Below, piece after piece: positions 27,971 through 37,415 of a stretch of 64,000 bases of DNA. Under the pieces are notes generated by a model. That model was not told where the DNA came from, ran no database searches, and was given only the letters and a program-made list of their open reading frames with translations. The translations under genes were made by a program, and so were the position numbers. Each line of letters starts with the position of its first letter. Within the stretch, counting starts at the first letter, position 1. The DNA is from a virus (lineage: Duplodnaviria; Caudoviricetes), in IMG/VR virus record IMGVR_UViG_3300028603_000005, positions 1 through 64,000 of that record; one strand, 5' to 3'.

Positions 27971-28244
27971 TTTTTAATCTCCTTTTTATAATTTTAAGGA
28001 ACATTTTTATAAGCGTCCAGATGATTACTAATATAGTATTTAAGATTACAATTGTTGCTGCTAGGATAATTAAGTCCCTAATTTGTCGTATCTCATCCGA
28101 AAATCCAAGCGTTATTATAGTAACTATTAAATCAAAAGTTATCTTTGTAAATAATAAATTGACTGACCACATCTTATAATATTTAGGTTTGACTTGTGGA
28201 TATGTTAGGGTGGTGGATGCACACTTATTTTTTATAATTGACAT
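27960..28244 (-). CDS. Small membrane protein
   Basis: Two hydrophobic segments. Confidence 0.45.
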   Translation of the reverse strand: MSIIKNKCASTTLTYPQVKPKYYKMWSVNLLFTKITFDLIVTIITLGFSDEIRQIRDLIILAATIVILNTILVIIWTLIKMFLKIIKRRLKNDT

Positions 28245-28554
28245 TCTTACTTATATCAACTAGATGTTCAATTATTTGAGTTATCAATTCAACATCCACT
28301 TCTATCCCTTTTTCATTTAATTCACTGCTAACCATAGTTATTACATACTTTAACTTTTCTTCACCCTTTAAATTGTCAGACTTTTCAATCACAATCATAT
28401 GCTTCTCAACTAAGTCGGTATATAATTTAATTCTCTTTGATGCATCAGCCATCTTTTTATTCTTAAATAACTGACCAAGCAGTCCTATAATAATACCTAT
28501 ACTTGTAAGAATTGTAATAATTAAATCTAAATATTCACTAATCAATTTTACCAT
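28225..28554 (-). CDS. Holin-like protein (LL-H-like)
   Basis: N-terminal TM, GEEKL.YV...IIE.LV motif. Confidence 0.6.
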   Translation of the reverse strand: MVKLISEYLDLIITILTSIGIIIGLLGQLFKNKKMADASKRIKLYTDLVEKHMIVIEKSDNLKGEEKLKYVITMVSSELNEKGIEVDVELITQIIEHLVDISKNVNYKK

Positions 28555-28571
28555 TGTTACATTCTCCCCCT

Positions 28572-28760
28572 TTATTCTTCTATTTCAGGCTCTACATACA
28601 AGCCTATAACTTCAATAACATCATACTCATCAACAACCACTTCTATTCTATCGCCTATGTTGTAATCGTTTAACTCATCAACGTAAACAATAAAGTTTTG
28701 TTGCCCTTTGTAGTTGTCTAATTTAATGTAGTTCTTATTAATATAAGTTGCTATTAACAT
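28572..28760 (-). CDS. Small hypothetical protein
   Basis: Coupled to the upstream tail-fibre-like gene. Confidence 0.5.
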   Translation of the reverse strand: MLIATYINKNYIKLDNYKGQQNFIVYVDELNDYNIGDRIEVVVDEYDVIEVIGLYVEPEIEE

Positions 28761-29803
28761 TATTCTTCACCTACTATCTTATATTGTGGTATTTGACCTG
28801 GAACTGTATATGGTGTTGCTGTGTCGCCTTTTTCTAATTGTAGTTTGAATACAATGGTTTGTGATGGTTCAATACTACCTTGACCTATAATTAAATCATT
28901 TATCGAAGCAACAAATGTATCTTGATAATTATTTAATTTTAAAAAATATTTATATACTTCTGACCCTCGATATCTCACTTGAAAGTTTTCGTAATCAGTA
29001 GAAATAATATATATTTTTATTGTATATTGTTGATTAAAAATAAGATTTTGATTTAATACATATGCAATAGCATTTAATGTGGTTTTGTTTAGCGTATAAA
29101 CACCTGTATTTACATTATAATCTATTGTATTACCATTAATATTATAAACCCTATAAACTCCATCACCTAAATCGGTTGCAGAACTTAAATCTGGCATAGC
29201 AAGGTTGTAACCCCTTAACTGTTGCTTAAACATTTCGAACATTGTTTCTACTTGTAATTTATTAACAGCGTGTTGTGCTAAGGTTGCGTTTGGCACTTGT
29301 TGTGGTTGAGTGAATACGTTTGATACTGCAAGTTTAGCAGTTGTATCATTTAGCACCTTACCTTGATTAGCACTCAAAGGTTTATCTACATCAGTTGATA
29401 CTAAATCATCTACTATATCGCTTATATCAACTTTATCATCAGTATTAGCCTTAACTCTTGTGTCTAATTCTTTAACAGCACTTTCTACGTCGGTTTCATC
29501 AGTTAAGTAATTTGTGCCACTTCCATTAAATCTAATGTTGTGTGCGTCTAAATCGGTTAATAAATCGCTAACGGGTATTCTAATCTCGCTACCGTTTGCC
29601 AACACCAATACAAGTTCGTTTGCTACTTCATCATAGTAACCACTTGTTACGGTTTCCTCATAGTCATTAATTAAGATGTTACCTGCTTCAGAGCCTATGT
29701 AAACTTCTTTGGTGTCTAAACAAAAACCTATCTCTCCAATATTGAGTTCAGGTAAGTCTTGCTTAAGACCCCTCCTCATTAATATTGTCCTTTTTTTAGC
29801 CAT
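28760..29803 (-). CDS. Tail fibre / receptor-binding-related protein
   Basis: ILMRRGL..LP.L.IGEIGFCLDT..VYIG adaptor, LSANQGKVL repeat, C-terminal LQLEKGDTATPY. Confidence 0.65.
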   Translation of the reverse strand: MAKKRTILMRRGLKQDLPELNIGEIGFCLDTKEVYIGSEAGNILINDYEETVTSGYYDEVANELVLVLANGSEIRIPVSDLLTDLDAHNIRFNGSGTNYLTDETDVESAVKELDTRVKANTDDKVDISDIVDDLVSTDVDKPLSANQGKVLNDTTAKLAVSNVFTQPQQVPNATLAQHAVNKLQVETMFEMFKQQLRGYNLAMPDLSSATDLGDGVYRVYNINGNTIDYNVNTGVYTLNKTTLNAIAYVLNQNLIFNQQYTIKIYIISTDYENFQVRYRGSEVYKYFLKLNNYQDTFVASINDLIIGQGSIEPSQTIVFKLQLEKGDTATPYTVPGQIPQYKIVGEE

Positions 29804-29827
29804 TAATTATCACCTTTCTTTTTTTTT

Positions 29828-30307
29828 CTAAATTATATTTTCTATTGTATTAGCAAGACTATCTGCTTCTTGCTGTGCAGTTTGTAAGTCATTAAATAAA
29901 TGTTCGTTTGAACTATTTACATAAGTGTAAGTTCTACCTGAAAGAAGTGTAAATTCAATAGTATATTTATCACCACGACTTACTGCTCTTATTTCTTGAA
30001 CTGCTTGAGGAGTAACTGTTATTGTATAAATTAATCCTCCACCATAAACATCTATTGGTAAGTATGTGCCGTCGTCAACTGTAGAAGTAAATTCATTTAA
30101 TTTAGAATCAGCTAAACCAGCATCAAATTTGAAATCACCGTTGGTATCAGCCCAAATATAATTGCGTCCTGAAATAAGTGTAAATTCAATAGTATATTTA
30201 TTACCTGAACTTACTGCTCTTATTTCTTGGATTGCTGTTGGGAGTACTTTAATTGAGTAGACAGTATTGCCACCTACTACACGAACATCTTTAAATTCAT
30301 TTGCCAT
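29828..30307 (-). CDS. Protein made of two tandem ~75-aa repeats
   Basis: QEIRAVS.G.KYTIEFTL.SGR.Y occurs twice. Confidence 0.65.
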   Translation of the reverse strand: MANEFKDVRVVGGNTVYSIKVLPTAIQEIRAVSSGNKYTIEFTLISGRNYIWADTNGDFKFDAGLADSKLNEFTSTVDDGTYLPIDVYGGGLIYTITVTPQAVQEIRAVSRGDKYTIEFTLLSGRTYTYVNSSNEHLFNDLQTAQQEADSLANTIENII

Positions 30308-30309
30308 AA

Positions 30310-31929
30310 TTATACTCCTTTAACTCTATTTTTTAGAAGGTCTTGTAAACCTACTTTTTTATCTGTTTGAACTGTTTGAGAAGTAGTAAGAGTTTTAGCT
30401 CGTTGAGAAATAACTTTACCAAATTCTTTTAAGTAAGTTTCCCACTCTTTAGATTTAATTCTAATTGCTTCTTGGACTAGTTCAACTACGACATCAAGTA
30501 TTTGTTGCATTGTTCCAGCTTTCAATAAAGTAAGTAAAGCTAAGTCTAACTTTTTGAAAGATACTTTTCTTTGAGCTGGTAATGCTTGAGCACTTGTTTT
30601 ATATTCATCAGTTGTAGTTATTCCTTCATCATAAAGAGCGATAAGTTTTTCTACAACTAAAGATTCATCTTCTGTTGTTAGTGGTGTTTTAGCAAAGATA
30701 GCGAGTTCTGCTTGAACTTGATTGTCTTCAGCAGGTGTTTCAGCTTCTTTTAAAGTTTTCTTTCTGCGTCTATCACTTTTTTCTTCTAACTGTTCTTTAC
30801 CTAAATCTTCTTCTCCATCTTCAATGGCTTTAAGTTCATCTTCTTTTAAATCATGTTCCTTCTTTTTAGTATGAGTTACTTTCTCAGTGTTAAAAAGAAT
30901 GATTGGTCCTGGATTATCTGCGAAAACTAATTCTACATCATCATCTTCAGGATTAGGGTCAACATATGGATAGGCTACAATCATTGTTGCTTTAGGTTCT
31001 TCATCTACAAAGACACTAATTGCTTCTTCTAAATCAAAGATATTATCTTTAATTGTTTCACTATATTTATCCACTACTGCGAACACCCAAATGAACTTTT
31101 TATCTAATACTAAGTTAGAATCAGAGATAGCATCACCGATATCGGACTTAGTTACTTCGGTAATAGTTTCCTCAGTTTCTTCTAAATTACTTTCAAATAA
31201 ATTGAAATATATTCCTGGTTCAGTAGGGTCAAAATACAGTACAAAGCAAGTTGAAAAGAAGTCAACAAAGCTTAATCTAATCTTTCCTCCAATTAATTCT
31301 TCGGCTTCTGCAAAGCTTTTATTAAGACCGTTAGTTATAGAATCTATTTTAATTACTTCATCGTTATCGCCTTGAACATAACTTGGCACGATTACTTTTA
31401 AACTGTTTGCTTCGTTTCTTACTACTTCTACTGGTATACCTAAAGTATCCATAAAATAGTCCCTAATTACTTTCATAGTTGAAAATAAAGATACTGATTG
31501 CTTAATTCCAGATTCAACAAAAGGGTGTTTAGTTAAGTCTTTTTTAGGTTTTGCTTCACTGTGTTGATTAGCAAATGCCTTTAATTGCTTATTTATCCCT
31601 TCTAAGTATTTCTTAAAATATTGGTATCTCATTTCATTGGTTTCATCTTTATATGTGTAACCATTTAAGTAGTTCTCTATTTCATCTAAAATGTAATCAC
31701 GCTTTTCAAGCAGTTTTTTAATCTGTGCTTTACTAAGTGTTCCAGGGACATAACTTTCTTTAATTAGCTTAGTATCACTTAAAATTTCAAGTTCTAAATC
31801 AACTGCGTGTTTAGAAAGCTTAGTTATTTCTGTGTACTCTTCGTCATAGTCATAATCTCTTAAATTTTCTTTTAAGATTTTATTTCTGTTAATTAAAGAT
31901 TTAATATGTTCTTTTCTTTTTTCTAACAT
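30310..31929 (-). CDS. Putative virion (head) protein
   Basis: 539 aa, downstream of the portal; many L/I-x-E motifs. Confidence 0.45.
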   Translation of the reverse strand: MLEKRKEHIKSLINRNKILKENLRDYDYDEEYTEITKLSKHAVDLELEILSDTKLIKESYVPGTLSKAQIKKLLEKRDYILDEIENYLNGYTYKDETNEMRYQYFKKYLEGINKQLKAFANQHSEAKPKKDLTKHPFVESGIKQSVSLFSTMKVIRDYFMDTLGIPVEVVRNEANSLKVIVPSYVQGDNDEVIKIDSITNGLNKSFAEAEELIGGKIRLSFVDFFSTCFVLYFDPTEPGIYFNLFESNLEETEETITEVTKSDIGDAISDSNLVLDKKFIWVFAVVDKYSETIKDNIFDLEEAISVFVDEEPKATMIVAYPYVDPNPEDDDVELVFADNPGPIILFNTEKVTHTKKKEHDLKEDELKAIEDGEEDLGKEQLEEKSDRRRKKTLKEAETPAEDNQVQAELAIFAKTPLTTEDESLVVEKLIALYDEGITTTDEYKTSAQALPAQRKVSFKKLDLALLTLLKAGTMQQILDVVVELVQEAIRIKSKEWETYLKEFGKVISQRAKTLTTSQTVQTDKKVGLQDLLKNRVKGV

Positions 31930-31945
31930 AGTTATTCCTTCCTTT

Positions 31946-32284
31946 TTAATTTAATAAACTTTGGTCTGTTTTAGACCATAACACTTCTAAATCTGCTAAC
32001 GTATCTTCCATGTTGTTTTCTTGAGCTACCTTATATAAAGCTAGGGCAACATGTTCAACTGTAACATAGAATAAGTTATCAGTGCTTTGATTAACTTCTT
32101 CATATATTTTCAAACCTAATTCAAATACCTCATCTTGTTTATAGTTAGATAGGCTAGGTGCCAGAGAGATAATCGTTGTTATTAAGTTTTCAAATAGGTT
32201 TTCTACTGAAGGGTACTCTTTAAGTTCTTCTTCAGAGAGAGTTCCTAAAAACTCTATGTAGCCCGTTGTGGCATCTTTTTTCAT
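31946..32284 (-). CDS. Hypothetical protein
   Basis: ORF with RBS. Confidence 0.55.
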   Translation of the reverse strand: MKKDATTGYIEFLGTLSEEELKEYPSVENLFENLITTIISLAPSLSNYKQDEVFELGLKIYEEVNQSTDNLFYVTVEHVALALYKVAQENNMEDTLADLEVLWSKTDQSLLN

Positions 32285-32327
32285 TTTGATTACCTCTCTT
32301 ATTTTAATGTGTAATTAAACACAATTA

Positions 32328-34628
32328 TTATTCATTATCTTGTTTTGCTAATTTTTGTTTTGACTTTTGTCCTGACTTTAATACACCCTTAGCTCTTAAG
32401 TCTCTTACGATTGTATTCAACCAGAAAGGGAGTACGTGAAGCATAGAAAGTGCATGTTTACATACGACTTGTGTAGGTACATTTCTAGTAGGAGCAATAT
32501 CATTTTTGTCTATAGAATATCCTTTTTGTGTTCCAACGTATTGTTGTCCCCAATACTTACTTGCAGGACAAGTACAAGATACTGATATATCTCCTTCCAT
32601 AGCTGCTCTAACCAATTCCATATCTGTAGTTTCTCCCTGCATCTTTAAAACTTCAACTAAGTCTTTTAAAGATACTTTAGTATTATATGAAGTAGGTTTA
32701 CCTTCAGCTTTATTTTTCTCAGGGTCTTCTGCTGTTGCTACAAAAGTAATATAGTTATTTTCATCAAGTCCTGTATATCTAATTATTATCTTTTTAGATT
32801 TAGGGAGTCTTTTAGGGTCTTTAGCTTTAGAATCATCTTTTAGATTTTTATAAGTTGCTTCTTGGATTGTTCCTCTGAAGCGTTTGTAGTGCATAATATC
32901 TAAGAAGTTATATTGCTTGTAATTAGTATCTTCTAAAATTAAATCATATTCTTCTAAAAGTTCTTCTAATGAAGCAGCATTTAAGAACTCTTCTAATGTT
33001 CCTTCTAATTGCCCTGGAAGCCTTGTTTCACTTTTAGTAGTGTAAGCCCTTATGGCGTTCTCTGTAATCGCCTGTAACTCAAGCTCGTGTGTCTTTAAAT
33101 CAATTTCTTCAGGGTAAGGTGTGTTATCAAACTTACTTGTGTCTAAATTAAGAACTTCTTCAAAGATATACTTAAACATTTTATCTCCATCTACTTTATC
33201 TATAAACCACTCTTCTTTAGCCATTGATAAAATATTTGTTGCGATATCAAAACTTGCTGTTAGTTTGTTTCTTTGTTCTTCACTTTCTTTAGTAGATACT
33301 TGACCTAATTCAATAGTATAATCAGGCATATCTTTTACATATCTATCTGCTCTACTGTAAGCCCAGTAGTATTCAATAGATTGTCTTAAGACATCTCTAA
33401 GAACATTTTGAAGTCTTTTAACTATTCTACCATGTCTTTCATCTATTTTAGAAAGTGTTTGTTCTCCAAGACCTCCTGGAGTTTCTTCTTCAAAACCTAA
33501 GTAAGCTTTAGGAGAAGCTAATCCAGCAAAGACTTTGTTTCGCATATAGTTAATATCTCCCATAGGTGTTTCAGTTTGTTCTCCACCCACTGGTTTAACA
33601 TTAACTACACCACGCTCACCTTTCTTAGCAAGAAAGATTAAATCATCTACTGTTACAGGGTTTAGTCTATTACGATAACTCTTATTAGTTAAGTCTATTG
33701 ATTCAGAGTTCTTAAAAGCGTTTTTAACATCTTCCATAATCTTGGTTGCTTCTAAGTTAGTGGAGTCTGATACATCTACTTCTACAATCTTAAATTGAGT
33801 AGCCTTAGTTAATCTGTTAGTTAATAAAGCATTCTCCATTGTGTTAAGCATTTGCCAAGATGAAATGATAGATTCTAAGATAGAACGGCCTGTTAAAATC
33901 TTAAATGTTTCAGTAGTTTTATTTTCACCTTTAGAGTCTGTAAATTCTAAGTCCATTTTACCAGCAACTTTTTTATTATTAAGACCTACAATAAATTTGT
34001 CTTTAGGAAAAATGTTATAACCGAATTTATTATCATCAGGTCTCACATATTGGTAAGGTTTGTTTTTAACTGCTTCTTGATAGTTCTCTTCAGGAGATAC
34101 TGCAAAGTATTTAGGTTCTCCTGAACCTTGAATTAGAGGATTGATTAGTTGGGGACTTTCAGCTGGTGAGAATGACCATTCTCTACCATCTCTATTAGCT
34201 TTAGTATCTAAAAAGACTTTTCCATACTTAGCTAAATCTCTAACAATTCCCCAAGCTTCACTATCAACTTTAAAAACATTCCATAAAAAGTCGTTGATTT
34301 CTTCTTGAAATCTCGCATCGCTTGATTTGATAGAAGCCACATGTCCTGTCTTAGTATTGTTTAGTGTAGCAGCATCTGCATATAAATCTAAAGCAGCAGA
34401 GATTACTGCGTCTAAGTCCATCTGTTCATAGAGTTCAAAAAGCTTCTTCTCTTCTGATGATAAAGCATCTATGCTAGTGTCTAAAGAAACAGATGAAGTT
34501 TTAAGTGTTTTAATAACATTGTCTGTTGTGTTAGTTTTTTGATTCTCTGTTTGAACTGATTCTGTAATTGGTGGTTTTGGTGTAATACCAAATATTCTTT
34601 GTATTAAATTAGGTTTCTTTTCAGCCAT
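32328..34628 (-). CDS. Portal protein (T4 gp20-like) with a C-terminal SWIM-type zinc finger
   Basis: YEQMD.DAVISAALDLYAD, LAKYGKVF, GRSILE, DINYMRNKVFAGL..PKAYLG; C-terminal VSCTCPA...CKH. Confidence 0.85.
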   Translation of the reverse strand: MAEKKPNLIQRIFGITPKPPITESVQTENQKTNTTDNVIKTLKTSSVSLDTSIDALSSEEKKLFELYEQMDLDAVISAALDLYADAATLNNTKTGHVASIKSSDARFQEEINDFLWNVFKVDSEAWGIVRDLAKYGKVFLDTKANRDGREWSFSPAESPQLINPLIQGSGEPKYFAVSPEENYQEAVKNKPYQYVRPDDNKFGYNIFPKDKFIVGLNNKKVAGKMDLEFTDSKGENKTTETFKILTGRSILESIISSWQMLNTMENALLTNRLTKATQFKIVEVDVSDSTNLEATKIMEDVKNAFKNSESIDLTNKSYRNRLNPVTVDDLIFLAKKGERGVVNVKPVGGEQTETPMGDINYMRNKVFAGLASPKAYLGFEEETPGGLGEQTLSKIDERHGRIVKRLQNVLRDVLRQSIEYYWAYSRADRYVKDMPDYTIELGQVSTKESEEQRNKLTASFDIATNILSMAKEEWFIDKVDGDKMFKYIFEEVLNLDTSKFDNTPYPEEIDLKTHELELQAITENAIRAYTTKSETRLPGQLEGTLEEFLNAASLEELLEEYDLILEDTNYKQYNFLDIMHYKRFRGTIQEATYKNLKDDSKAKDPKRLPKSKKIIIRYTGLDENNYITFVATAEDPEKNKAEGKPTSYNTKVSLKDLVEVLKMQGETTDMELVRAAMEGDISVSCTCPASKYWGQQYVGTQKGYSIDKNDIAPTRNVPTQVVCKHALSMLHVLPFWLNTIVRDLRAKGVLKSGQKSKQKLAKQDNE

Positions 34629-34651
34629 AACTTCTCCTTCTATTTAAAGTC

Positions 34652-35362
34652 TTATAAACCAAAGTCTTCACTATTAAATTTCAAATACTCCATGTTCTCT
34701 TCTTCTGGGTCAATTTCTAGTTCAGCCTTTTCAATGTTGTGTCTGAAAGGCATTAGTTTTAAGACATAGTTTAAGGAAACAACATCTACTTTAGCTTCTG
34801 TTACAAAGAAGGTGTTTACTTTTCCTTTAGGGTCATCTATTAAATCTCCAGAAGGGTTTTCTGGATTTATTACTTTTGGTAAGAAATCATAAAAGATATC
34901 TATCTTAGTTCCTCTGATTAGTTGTAAAGGGTCTAAAACATAATTGCTATCTTCTTTGTTAGTATATCCTTCGTGGACTAATTGAGTAATATCTGTATTA
35001 TCTAAAACATAATAATTAAGTTCTTGACCTTTAGTAATAGAGAGTTCTGGTTCTGTTACTACTTCTGCTTCTCTCAGGATATGGGTAGGAGCATAAGCAA
35101 TGATAGGGACTTCATCTTCTCTATACCAACCAAGTGTTTTAAGTAAATGTGGTTTTGGTCTTTCATCAAATATGATATATGTATTAATTGCTTTGTCTGT
35201 ATTATAAGTAAATAACTCACTAGATAATTCTGTTAAGTCGTGAGTATCTACTGGAGTAATCTTTACTTCACTACCACCTACTACAGCAGCTTCTAAGAAT
35301 TGCAATGTGTAGTATCTTTTTTCTTCTATTGTAGGTAATATTCTTGCTTGTTTTCGTGCCAT
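34652..35362 (-). CDS. Neck/head-completion protein (gp14-like)
   Basis: F.EAA...G, IIFDERP...LKTLGW; upstream of the portal. Confidence 0.45.
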   Translation of the reverse strand: MARKQARILPTIEEKRYYTLQFLEAAVVGGSEVKITPVDTHDLTELSSELFTYNTDKAINTYIIFDERPKPHLLKTLGWYREDEVPIIAYAPTHILREAEVVTEPELSITKGQELNYYVLDNTDITQLVHEGYTNKEDSNYVLDPLQLIRGTKIDIFYDFLPKVINPENPSGDLIDDPKGKVNTFFVTEAKVDVVSLNYVLKLMPFRHNIEKAELEIDPEEENMEYLKFNSEDFGL

Positions 35363-35397
35363 TAGATTCTCCTTTTATTTATTAATAGTAGGTAGTT

Positions 35398-35600
35398 AAG
35401 GTTAGGTTATTTAAGATTAACTTATTTATGGTTACATAATACGATTGACTGATTGACGAAATTCTTCGATTTTAACTCCGAATGTGTAATATTCTGGTTA
35501 ATTTTAGAAAGTTTTCGTCAATCTCACCTCGAAATGGACGTGAGTAGAGATTTTGAGGTTTTAGATAAATAGACTGCTCTTATTATCCTGACCTAACCTT
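35398..35600 (-). ncRNA. Retron-like msr/msd-type unit C
   Basis: Perfect 10-bp terminal IR (35398-35407 / 35591-35600); conserved stem 35564-35587; hairpin 35526-35559; long hairpin 35451-35523. Confidence 0.75.
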
Positions 35601-35624
35601 TTGTTTTGTTTTCCTTGATTCCTT

Positions 35625-35794
35625 TTGGAAGTGTTTGACATTCTGGAAATCCTTTGTTAGGAAGTCTACTGTGTGTCTGTAAGACTACGTAGCTTCCTTT
35701 TAAAAGTGAGTTCCAGAATTTGACGGGTTTTAAGCGTTAGAGATAAAACCCGTCTTGTAGATAAATAGACTTCTCTTATTATCCTACTTTCAAG
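35625..35794 (-). ncRNA. Retron-like msr/msd-type unit D (tandem with C, 196-bp period)
   Basis: Conserved stem 35760-35783; 11-bp hairpin 35722-35754 with a loop nearly identical to unit B; long hairpin 35640-35719; weak terminal pairing. Confidence 0.75.
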
Positions 35795-35826
35795 TTTACA
35801 CATGAAAAAATATGCTACCTATACAT

Positions 35827-35849
35827 ACCCTTCATTATATAATATACTT
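35827..35849 (-). promoter_or_regulatory. Putative late promoter (identical to 19296-19318)
   Basis: Exact 23-bp repeat, upstream of units D and C and the neck/portal genes. Confidence 0.6.
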
Positions 35850-35888
35850 TAAGTATGTTTATATTAAACAAAAAGATAACATTTAAGG

Positions 35889-36293
35889 TTATCTTTTATA
35901 TGTTATACCGTATTTGTTTATTGTTCTTCTAATAATGTTTCTGTCTATTCTCCAGTCCCTAAATCTTTGTAATTTAGTAAGCCTGTGTATAGTTAAATAC
36001 TCTCCACTATTTATTCTTTTCTCTAACTCAGTTAAGATAACAGCTTCTTTAGATATAATTACAAATCTATTATGTACACTAGGAACAAAAGCTGAAGTTT
36101 TAGATAGTTTATCTGTAATAAGTAATCTATATACTTTTCTAATGTCCCAGTTGAACTCTTTTAATAAAACTAAGATAGTATTAGCGTAGTTAAACTTTGT
36201 CTTTGTAGGTTTCTCAGAAAGTAGTAAAGAAAGTGTATTTAACTCATCTACAGTAAGTGTATTGTTTGCTGTATACTGTTTAGTTGTTTTCAA
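35889..36293 (-). CDS. Hypothetical basic protein
   Basis: Overlaps the end of the sigma-like gene. Confidence 0.55.
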   Translation of the reverse strand: MKTTKQYTANNTLTVDELNTLSLLLSEKPTKTKFNYANTILVLLKEFNWDIRKVYRLLITDKLSKTSAFVPSVHNRFVIISKEAVILTELEKRINSGEYLTIHRLTKLQRFRDWRIDRNIIRRTINKYGITYKR

Positions 36294-36921
36294 TAAGTCC
36301 CCCCAAGAAATTAATTAAGTACTCATCTACTACTGCGTGAATAGTAGGCTCAATGTATTTATGATTTTTGAATTGTTTAACTTCAAAGTCTTGATAAATA
36401 AATCCAAAACTAATGAGTGTTTCAATTACTCTGTATTTAACAAGTTCTTTTAAATTGTCTGAAAGCCTATAATCAAAGATTAAGTCTTCTATAAGTTGGG
36501 TGTCTATTTGTATTTTATAATATAAGTCTAACTCAGTAATTAAGTTCTTTCTACTTAGCATATCTAAAATGCCGTTGCTAGTTGTATAACCTAACCTTTC
36601 TATAGAGTATTTTAGTTCACTTTCTAAAAACACACTTTCTCTATATTTTTTAAGTTTTCTTAACCAAATAGCAGAAACATAAGAGTTTGCTCTATTGTAA
36701 ATAAACCGTTCTAAATTAATTGCTTTTAATTGTTCTTCAGTTAGCTTCCTAACTCGTTCTAAAATGTATAGTAAAGTGTCTTGGATACAGTCCTGAACAT
36801 TGTCAAACTTTTCGTATTTTAATTTAGCTCTTACAAACTCCTCCAAAAATATGTAAAGCTGTTCTACTAATTTATCTTCATCTTTAACTAACTCATTTGG
36901 TATGTTAGATTTGAACAGCAT
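36280..36921 (-). CDS. Phage sigma-factor-like protein
   Basis: VQDCIQDTLLYILE...LERFIYNRANSY...LRK resembles sigma70/ECF region 2. Confidence 0.55.
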   Translation of the reverse strand: MLFKSNIPNELVKDEDKLVEQLYIFLEEFVRAKLKYEKFDNVQDCIQDTLLYILERVRKLTEEQLKAINLERFIYNRANSYVSAIWLRKLKKYRESVFLESELKYSIERLGYTTSNGILDMLSRKNLITELDLYYKIQIDTQLIEDLIFDYRLSDNLKELVKYRVIETLISFGFIYQDFEVKQFKNHKYIEPTIHAVVDEYLINFLGGLIENN

Positions 36922-36952
36922 ACAGCACCTCTTTCTTAATTATTCTAGTTTC

Positions 36953-37402
36953 TTAAAACTCTTCGTTAAATGTGTCCTCATCTACTTCTAAGATAGCATC
37001 TAATGTAGTGAACTCTGCTCCTTCTGCTGAGTTTAAGACATTAGCTCTTTCAGCTTCGGATTTAATTTCTACAATAACTGATTCTAAGTCTCTAATCTTA
37101 TCTTGAAGTTTACTTTGTTCATGTAAATCAGTAACTGCTTGAACTAATTTTGTTAACTGTTCTACAGGAGCAATTTGAGCTTTGGATGATACTTCTAACA
37201 ATTTGATAATATCAGATTGCTTCATAACACTTAACTCTTCTTCTTTAGAAAGAATACCCAATATCCTGTCTACGATTGTTTTATATAGAGGAGCTACTTC
37301 TACATGGTGTTCTACTGCTTGAGTAACTAACCCTGCTAATTGTGATAAGTTAGCATCTACTAAACTAACTTGATTTTCTGTTTTAACTAATTTGTTTGAC
37401 AT
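36953..37402 (-). CDS. Hypothetical helical protein
   Basis: ORF with RBS. Confidence 0.55.
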   Translation of the reverse strand: MSNKLVKTENQVSLVDANLSQLAGLVTQAVEHHVEVAPLYKTIVDRILGILSKEEELSVMKQSDIIKLLEVSSKAQIAPVEQLTKLVQAVTDLHEQSKLQDKIRDLESVIVEIKSEAERANVLNSAEGAEFTTLDAILEVDEDTFNEEF

Positions 37403-37415
37403 TATTTTACCTTCC

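Noticed and set aside
35398-35794. Units C and D as a CRISPR mini-array or simple terminators
   Set aside because: Inter-repeat segments are about 170 nt and highly structured, the repeat covaries rather than staying identical, and the conserved stem lacks a U tract.
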